From NCBI GenBank assembly GCA_963714085.1, contig OY970229.1, forward strand, positions 640,001 to 704,000: a stretch of DNA of 64,000 nt, read 5' to 3'. Source of the DNA: an uncultured Candidatus Micrarchaeota archaeon. GTDB lineage: Archaea; Micrarchaeota; Micrarchaeia; Anstonellales; Bilamarchaeaceae. Below the pieces are notes generated by a model. It worked only from the letters and a program-made list of their open reading frames with translations, did no database searches and was not told the origin of the DNA. The translations under genes were made by a program, and so were the position numbers. Positions within the stretch are counted from its first letter, which is position 1. Each line of letters begins with the position of its first letter. Below are positions 57,865-64,000 of the stretch, piece by piece.

Positions 57865-58122
57865 TTAAATAGTAATGCTCGGCGAGCATCGCGAGAGGAA
57901 GTCCGCCTCCGGAAGCGAGATGTCCAGGACCTTGCGCCGGGACGTCAGGCCGGAGATGATATGGACCTCGGCCTTGAGCAGCCTGCGCATCTCTTTGACG
58001 AGCTCCATGTTCGCCTTGTTCGATTCAGGGGCGCTCCTGAGATGGATCTTGAGGCTCCCGTCCGCCTTCCTCTCTATCCGGAAAGGGCCTGACTTCGGAA
58101 CCACCGTGACCTGGATGCGCAT
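57865..58122 (-). CDS. DUF167/YggU family protein
   Basis: V.VVPKS, P..NKAN, SG.TSR.K. Confidence 0.8.
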   Translation of the reverse strand: MRIQVTVVPKSGPFRIERKADGSLKIHLRSAPESNKANMELVKEMRRLLKAEVHIISGLTSRRKVLDISLPEADFLSRCSPSITI

Positions 58123-58123
58123 G

Positions 58124-58771
58124 CTAGCCACCCAGCGCCTGGACAATGTCGCCCTCGCTCATCGCTCCGGAATGAAGCTCCCCGTTTATCAGTATGGACG
58201 GGTACTGCGTCACGTTGAACTGCGCCTTGAGCGAGTCTGCGATCGGGCTCCCCAGGTCGCCGTCGAATGAGTATATCCTTACGAGCGGGACCTTGCCGAC
58301 TGTCTGGTCGCGGGCCGTGAGTATGTCGTTCCCCTGCTCCAGGCAGCCGGAGCAGTTCGTATTCGAATAGAAGTATATCAGGATGGTGCTGTTCTCGCCG
58401 CAGCGCTCCTGGATCCTCTTGGAGAGCAGGTAGGACTGGGCCTCGAGCACGAAATAGTTCATCTTCAGCGGCGTGTCGTACACGTGCTTCTCGTCCTCAA
58501 GGTAGCTGAGCTTGTATCCGATGGTCTCCACCTGGGAGTTTATGGAGTCCAGCTGGGAGCTGTACACCGGGCAGAAGGAGGAGCTGTTCCCGTCCAGGAG
58601 CAGCAGCAGCTGGGTGGATGCGACCTCGGCCGAGATGTTCTCCACCTGGTCGGATATGGCCTGCTGGTTGTACTGGTCTATCAGGTCGCCCACGTATATC
58701 CCTATGCAGAATACCATCACGGTGACCACGAGCGCGAGCGCGTAGAGCTGGTATGATATCTTCCTCTCCAT
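58124..58771 (-). CDS. Membrane-anchored coiled-coil + thioredoxin-like protein
   Basis: N-terminal TM, YFYS..CSGC, YPSILING (cis-Pro loop). Confidence 0.7.
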   Translation of the reverse strand: MERKISYQLYALALVVTVMVFCIGIYVGDLIDQYNQQAISDQVENISAEVASTQLLLLLDGNSSSFCPVYSSQLDSINSQVETIGYKLSYLEDEKHVYDTPLKMNYFVLEAQSYLLSKRIQERCGENSTILIYFYSNTNCSGCLEQGNDILTARDQTVGKVPLVRIYSFDGDLGSPIADSLKAQFNVTQYPSILINGELHSGAMSEGDIVQALGG

Positions 58772-58773
58772 GG

Positions 58774-59961
58774 TCACCACGTCGCGGGCTCGCGCCTTAT
58801 CTCCTTGACCGCGGTGAGCAGGTTGTAGCCGAGCATGAGATACCAGTAGAACAGCAGGAACAGCACCAGGTTCCGGAGCGGGATCTTCTCGTTGAACGCG
58901 CGTACCGAGAGCCAGAGCCAGAGGAGCGTGGATGCGAGCACCAGCGCGCCTATTATGGTGATCAGGCCGAGGCCGAGCACATAGGAGTCGACGAGTATGT
59001 ACCTGGTGTAGTAGGGCGCGGCGAAGACGGAGTTTATCATGAGCCCCAGGATGAGGAAGAAGGCGATTATGGAGATGTAGTTGAGGGGCACGAAGAACAC
59101 GCCGAAATCCCCGTATTCCGGCTTCATGAGGGACTTGTACTTCCAGTAGTTGCGCAGGCCGCCCCGCTGCCAGCGCACCCTCTGCCGCAGGAGCGCCTTC
59201 ATGTTCTCGGGCACGCTGGTATAGACCGTCGCGGTCATGGAGCTGCGCACCTTGTAGTTCGCGGCCTGGAGCCGCAGGCATATCTCCTGGTCCTCCACCA
59301 GGTTGTGCTCGTCGAACATACCGACCTTGTCGAACGCCTCGGCCCGGAACAGGCTGAACGGGCCTGGCGTGACCGGCACGGAATCGATGAAGGAGAGCAG
59401 CTTGCGGGAGAAGAGTATCATGAGGTATTCTATGCGCTGGAGCTCGACGATGAGCTTGCTGCGGTCCGGCTTGACCTTCACCGCGGGCGTGACCGCCATG
59501 ACGTCCTTGTCCTGGAAGAACGGGAGCATGTCCCGTAGCGCGTTCGGGCTGAGCATGGAATCAGCGTCCATGGTCGCGATGAGCTCGCCCTTGGCGCTGC
59601 GGATCCCGTTGTTCAGCGCTGCGCCCTTGCCCTTGTTCTGCTGCGTGAGCACCAGCACGCCGTCCTTCTCGTAGCGCCTGGCGCTTGTCAGCGTCTTGTC
59701 CGTGGAGCCGTCGTCCACCACCACGACGTCCAGCTTCGCGCGAGGATAGTCCAGGGCCAGCGCGCTCTCTATCGTGGCCCCTATGCCGTCCTCCTCGTTG
59801 TGGGCCGGGATGATTATGGACACTTTTGGGGTCCAGCCGTCGTCCGGTGGAGGCGCTTCGGTGACCTGCCTGCGGTACCTTAGGAAGAGGAGGACGAAGA
59901 AGAACACTGTGAACAGGGAGAGGAATGCTATCGAGTAGTTCAATATCAGTAGCGCGTCCAT
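58774..59961 (-). CDS. Processive GT2 glycosyltransferase (IcaA/cellulose synthase-like)
   Basis: PAHNE, DDGSTD, DAD, VED, QRVRW, C-terminal TMs. Confidence 0.92.
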   Translation of the reverse strand: MDALLILNYSIAFLSLFTVFFFVLLFLRYRRQVTEAPPPDDGWTPKVSIIIPAHNEEDGIGATIESALALDYPRAKLDVVVVDDGSTDKTLTSARRYEKDGVLVLTQQNKGKGAALNNGIRSAKGELIATMDADSMLSPNALRDMLPFFQDKDVMAVTPAVKVKPDRSKLIVELQRIEYLMILFSRKLLSFIDSVPVTPGPFSLFRAEAFDKVGMFDEHNLVEDQEICLRLQAANYKVRSSMTATVYTSVPENMKALLRQRVRWQRGGLRNYWKYKSLMKPEYGDFGVFFVPLNYISIIAFFLILGLMINSVFAAPYYTRYILVDSYVLGLGLITIIGALVLASTLLWLWLSVRAFNEKIPLRNLVLFLLFYWYLMLGYNLLTAVKEIRREPATW

Positions 59962-59974
59962 CCTACCCACAGCC

Positions 59975-60823
59975 TCATACCGCCAGCAGCGAGCCGGCGA
60001 AGAAAAGCGATAGGACCATGCCCAGCAGGAAGAACGGCAGGAAAGGCGGCATCTTCGAGTACACCCAGACCTCCGCCAGCTGGAGCTTGGACATGCGCTC
60101 TATCTCGGACTTGGTCGCGAGCCTCTTGAGGCCGTACTTCTTGACCGTGTCCTGGTCCATCATCTCGAGCGCGAGCACGTCCTCGTCCTCGAGCTCGGCC
60201 GGGCTCATCCTCTCTGCCAGGAGCAGGTTGATGTCCTCCTTGTATGCCATGAAGAATATCGTGGCCAGCATCAGGATGGAGACGAAGATGAAATACATCG
60301 GCGAGAAGATTATCGAGTTCACGTAGACGAAGGCGAATAGCAGGTAGGGTATGATCAGCAGCGCGTACATCCGCTTGGGGTGCGCGCCCGCGTCCCGCAG
60401 CTTGAGGCCGAAATAGCAGACCACGTAGAGCGCGAACGCGATGCCGGCGAATACCATGACTGAGAATATGTAGGGCAGGTTGAAGGGCAGCGACACGAAC
60501 GACGGATGGAACGGCAGCAGCAGTATCACGGACGCGATTATGAACACGTCCGCGCCTCCCAGCTGGCCGAACCTGTAGAACACGTATCCTATGGCCGCGA
60601 AGAAGAGCGCGAGCGCGACCGAGAAGACGAATATGTCCTGCTGGAAGAGCGCGAGGTCTACGACGAACGCGATCGCCAGGAACCCGTAGAGCAGGGAGTT
60701 CGGCACGTTGCGCTTGTTGAACAGGTCGAAGTAGGTCGCGAGCGCGACGCCTACGAATGCGACCGCCAGGCGTATCATCTCGCCTGGCATCGTGAGATTC
60801 CCGAAAAGGACGTCTGTAATCAT
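59975..60823 (-). CDS. Prepilin/preflagellin peptidase (A24, PibD/FlaK-like)
   Basis: YFDL...NVPN (Asp1), GGAD (Asp2), PFLP C-terminus, multi-TM. Confidence 0.82.
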   Translation of the reverse strand: MITDVLFGNLTMPGEMIRLAVAFVGVALATYFDLFNKRNVPNSLLYGFLAIAFVVDLALFQQDIFVFSVALALFFAAIGYVFYRFGQLGGADVFIIASVILLLPFHPSFVSLPFNLPYIFSVMVFAGIAFALYVVCYFGLKLRDAGAHPKRMYALLIIPYLLFAFVYVNSIIFSPMYFIFVSILMLATIFFMAYKEDINLLLAERMSPAELEDEDVLALEMMDQDTVKKYGLKRLATKSEIERMSKLQLAEVWVYSKMPPFLPFFLLGMVLSLFFAGSLLAV

Positions 60824-60879
60824 AATGGACCCCTGAATGAGATATGATTAGGATATTGGGGGGTAGGGTTTTTTAAGAC

Positions 60880-62505
60880 TCACGAATGCACGCCGCGCTG
60901 GAACACGGCGGTGATGCGGTCCGCCCAATCGGCAGGGACCTTCGCCCTCTTGAGCGTGTCGGACATTATTGAGATATCCTCGTGGCTGAAGGACTTGAGC
61001 GCGAAGAGCAGCCCGACATAGACCAGCCCGGATATGACGAACAGCATGGCCAGGGCTGAGAGGCGCATTGTCTTGGCCAGGAGCAGCGCCGTGTCGCCGG
61101 TCCCCAGGGCCGGGAGCGCGGAGATCGCCTGTGTGAGGTACGGCTTTATCAGCAGGATTACGCCGAGCGCGATTACGCCGGCGAGCAGGGACTTGAGCAT
61201 CTCGGGCGGGAAGCGGAAGCCCATGTGTTTCCTCGCGTAGTATATGAACATGAGGGCGGATGCCAGGAACGCGATCGCCGAGGCCACCGCGGCGCCGTTT
61301 ATGCCGAAGGACGGGATGAAAAGCACGTTCAGGATCACGTTGAGCACAGCACACACGAGCGCGACCTTGAGCTCGATGTCCAGGAGGCGCAGGCTGCCAA
61401 GCACCAGCGACTCGACGGTGGAAAGCGCGCGGAAGAACAGGCCGAGGGTGAATATCGCCAGCGCCGTGGCTCCGACTACGTAGGAATCGCCGTAGAACAT
61501 GCGGAGGATGCTGTCAGGGAACACGAGCATCACCAGCGTGAGCGGGAACGTTACGAAGATGATCCACCGTATGCACGTCTCGCAGAGCTCTATGACAGCC
61601 TCGTTCTTGCCGTGGCCGACAAGCTCGGATATCATGGGGAAGAATATGAGGCTTATGGCGTTCGGGAACAGCATAACGAGCATGGAGACGCCGGTGGCCA
61701 GGGAGTACACCGCGACCATCTGCGCAGCCACGGAGGGGGCCATCATGTAGCCTATCAGTATCCTGTCCGTGTAGTTCACCAGCATCCAGAGGGAGTTGAT
61801 GGTGGTCATCATCAGGCCGAACGGGACCACCTCCAGCAGGAACGCACCCATGTCGACATTCGCCATCTCATGGCCGAGGTCCTCGAACGGTTTCCTCAGG
61901 TAGACGAAGGAGAGCACGAGCACCAGGATGAACGAGAGCAGGAAAGACGCGGCGATGGAGAACATGGTGGCCCCGATCACGAAGAAGAAGAGCAACGTGA
62001 GCACGAATTTGGCCAGGGTCTGCGCGTTGAGCAGCGTGGAGTACTCTTTCATCATCTTCCTGCCGCTGAGGAAGCTCGTGTCCAGGGTGAAGAGCGTGTT
62101 GAGCAGGAGATATGGCGAGAGCAGCTTGAGGGGAAGCGCGAGCTGCGGGTTGTGGAAATAGCCGGCTATCATGTCCGCCGCGAGGAGGCTTATCAGGCCG
62201 AGCGCCACGCACAGCACTGTGACTATGACGTAGGAGATGTTGAGCAGCGCGCGCAGCTTCGCCTTCTCGCCCTTCGCGAGCAGGTACGGGACGTAGCGCG
62301 AGAACGAAGACGTGAACCCCGCGTCGGAGAACACCGAGAGGACCCCGAATATGCTCAGGGCCAGATAGAAGGTGCCCACGTCGTCCTGGGATGCCATCCT
62401 GGCCAGGATCACCAGGTAGAAGAAGCCTATGAGCTTTATGCCGAGCTGCCCTGCGATGCTCCAGAAGGCGCCCTTCGCCATCTCCTTGGAATGCTCGGAT
62501 GCCAT
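60880..62505 (-). CDS. Oligosaccharide flippase (Wzx/MOP family)
   Basis: ~14 TM, TDRILIG, FIPSFGINGAAVA. Confidence 0.9.
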   Translation of the reverse strand: MASEHSKEMAKGAFWSIAGQLGIKLIGFFYLVILARMASQDDVGTFYLALSIFGVLSVFSDAGFTSSFSRYVPYLLAKGEKAKLRALLNISYVIVTVLCVALGLISLLAADMIAGYFHNPQLALPLKLLSPYLLLNTLFTLDTSFLSGRKMMKEYSTLLNAQTLAKFVLTLLFFFVIGATMFSIAASFLLSFILVLVLSFVYLRKPFEDLGHEMANVDMGAFLLEVVPFGLMMTTINSLWMLVNYTDRILIGYMMAPSVAAQMVAVYSLATGVSMLVMLFPNAISLIFFPMISELVGHGKNEAVIELCETCIRWIIFVTFPLTLVMLVFPDSILRMFYGDSYVVGATALAIFTLGLFFRALSTVESLVLGSLRLLDIELKVALVCAVLNVILNVLFIPSFGINGAAVASAIAFLASALMFIYYARKHMGFRFPPEMLKSLLAGVIALGVILLIKPYLTQAISALPALGTGDTALLLAKTMRLSALAMLFVISGLVYVGLLFALKSFSHEDISIMSDTLKRAKVPADWADRITAVFQRGVHS

Positions 62506-62514
62506 CGGACTGAC

Positions 62515-63423
62515 CTAGGAATAAGCCTTGATGAGCCTGTCTATCCCCTGGTCCAGGCTGACCTTCGCCCTGAAGCCGAGCTCCTTATCCGCCCTGCTGG
62601 TGTCCGCGAGCGTGTCCTGGACGTAGTTCTTGATCTTGTTCTCCACGTACTTGGGCTTCATGTCCTTGCCGAGCTTCCTGGCCAGCATGGCTATCATGTC
62701 GTTGATGGTGATGGAGCTGCCCGTACCCACGTTATAGATGCCGAATTTTATCTGCGACTTCATGGCGAGCATGTTCGCCTCGACCACGTCATCGACATAT
62801 GTGAAGTCCCTCGTCTGGCTGCCGTCACCGTACACCACCGGCTGCTCGCCCTTCTGCATGTCCCAGAGGAACTGGGAGATCAGGTTGGCGTACTTGCCCT
62901 TGGAGCGCTCGTGCGGCCCGTAGACGCTGAAATAGCGCAGGCCCACGGACTGCACCCCGAATAGCTTGTGGTAGAGCTCCGCGAGGCGCTCCATTTCGTA
63001 GCGGGCCTCTGTGTAGAAGTCCGTGACCTTGACGTCCATGCCCTCCTTGTGCGGGGGGTCCTGGCCGCTGTAGACCGAAGAGGTGGCAGCCCAGACGATC
63101 CGCGTATTGTTCTGCTTCGCGTACTCGAGTATGGATATCCAGTCGTCGAGCGCCTTGGCCACCAGGTGCGGGTCGTTCTTGTACATCGGGGACGAGGAAT
63201 ACGTGCCTTCGTGTATGATTATGTCGAACTTCTCCCCGATCTTCCCCAGCTCGCCCGAATGCGCCTTTACGATCTTTATCTTCCCCTTCACCGATGCTAC
63301 GTTGTCCTCGCTGCCCGTGTGCATGCAGTCCAATGCTGTGACCGTATGCCCGTCCCGGACCAGCCTCTCCACTATGTTCGAACCGATGAATCCGAGTGCT
63401 CCTGTTACGAGTACTTTCATCAT
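62515..63423 (-). CDS. NAD-dependent nucleotide-sugar epimerase/dehydratase (extended SDR)
   Basis: TGALGFIG, RYFSVYGP, GDGSQTRDF. Confidence 0.92.
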   Translation of the reverse strand: MMKVLVTGALGFIGSNIVERLVRDGHTVTALDCMHTGSEDNVASVKGKIKIVKAHSGELGKIGEKFDIIIHEGTYSSSPMYKNDPHLVAKALDDWISILEYAKQNNTRIVWAATSSVYSGQDPPHKEGMDVKVTDFYTEARYEMERLAELYHKLFGVQSVGLRYFSVYGPHERSKGKYANLISQFLWDMQKGEQPVVYGDGSQTRDFTYVDDVVEANMLAMKSQIKFGIYNVGTGSSITINDMIAMLARKLGKDMKPKYVENKIKNYVQDTLADTSRADKELGFRAKVSLDQGIDRLIKAYS

Positions 63424-63424
63424 A

Positions 63425-64000
63425 TCACCTTGTTGCCGGTCTTTCTCCGGAAAACAACTTCTCTAAATCTCTTGAATCGAATAGCAATACGTTCTTTTCC
63501 GTAGTCCTTTTCTTAAAGCTTCTCGCGAATATGGCGAAGTATTCTTTCCGCTTCCCGTGGTTCCATCCGACGAACGAGGCCTTCCTGCGGAGCCCGGCGA
63601 GGACCCCTGCCGCGTCCACATCCTCGCTCCATTTGCATTCGCAGAAAAGGATTTCGCCGCTGTTCCTGCTCAGGGCGGCCATGTCTATCTCGTAGACCTC
63701 CCCTTCGAGGCTTTGACCCCATTGCCGGCCCATGCTGGACACCTGGAAAGGCAGCTTGCCCCCGCGGTCCAGTTCCATGACAGCCTCCCCGCAGAGAGCC
63801 TCGTACCTTCTTCCGAGATAAGCGTCAATATCCCTCTCGAAGATATCCGCGATCTCGGCATCGAGGTTCCGCTCGAGAAGGTAATAGTGCCTCCAGACGA
63901 AATATAGCCAGAATGAGAATACGTTGGATGCTATGGCGTACTTCCCTTTTTTCGTTTTACGCTCGGTCGCCGGGATCTCGCGGCGGAGGATCTCGAATTC
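63425..64000 (-). CDS. Archaeal ATPase with DUF234/restriction-endonuclease-like C-terminus (5' truncated by window edge)
   Basis: Frame open to the window edge: FSFWLYFV, GRQW, EIDM...ECKW. Confidence 0.8.
   Translation of the reverse strand, partial: EFEILRREIPATERKTKKGKYAIASNVFSFWLYFVWRHYYLLERNLDAEIADIFERDIDAYLGRRYEALCGEAVMELDRGGKLPFQVSSMGRQWGQSLEGEVYEIDMAALSRNSGEILFCECKWSEDVDAAGVLAGLRRKASFVGWNHGKRKEYFAIFARSFKKRTTEKNVLLFDSRDLEKLFSGERPATR

Noticed and set aside
1..64000. Many long antisense or alternate-frame ORFs (e.g. 5801-7159, 14773-16272, 28936-30912, 46892-48613, 61225-62964)
   Set aside because: They overlap well-supported genes and carry no motifs; typical shadows of high-GC3 coding DNA.
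1..64000. CRISPR array or cas genes
   Set aside because: No regularly spaced direct repeats seen. The RuvC protein has IS ends and TnpB size, so it is not called as Cas12.

Overview
Archaeal chromosomal window. TATA boxes lie about 25 nt before starts, and it carries an intron-containing tRNA-Tyr, Pop5, proteasome alpha, Elp3 and AMP phosphorylase/R15P isomerase. The gene content suggests a fairly GC-rich DPANN lineage such as Micrarchaeota (inference). Most genes are housekeeping, plus a copper-resistance cluster, an Lrp-linked radical-SAM pair, an orphan DNA methyltransferase and a surface-glycan/prepilin-peptidase block. The standout is a ~19 kb divergent locus (21.9-40.9 kb). It holds six tandem, translationally coupled paralogous membrane proteins with CedA/VirB6-like motifs, a 1533-aa Cys-rich lipoprotein, a Zn-ribbon protein, a degenerate GNAT, an exported S16 protease and a divergent 1133-aa membrane protein. 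This is a candidate cell-contact or secretion apparatus. Other notable items are a tnpB-only IS200/IS605 element apparently inserted into the argF TATA box, a ~250-nt structured ncRNA candidate followed by an unannotated 50-aa basic ORF, an ArgF with a repeat-bearing acidic tail, and two tandem transglutaminase-like proteins. All calls come from reading motifs by eye; no database searches were run.
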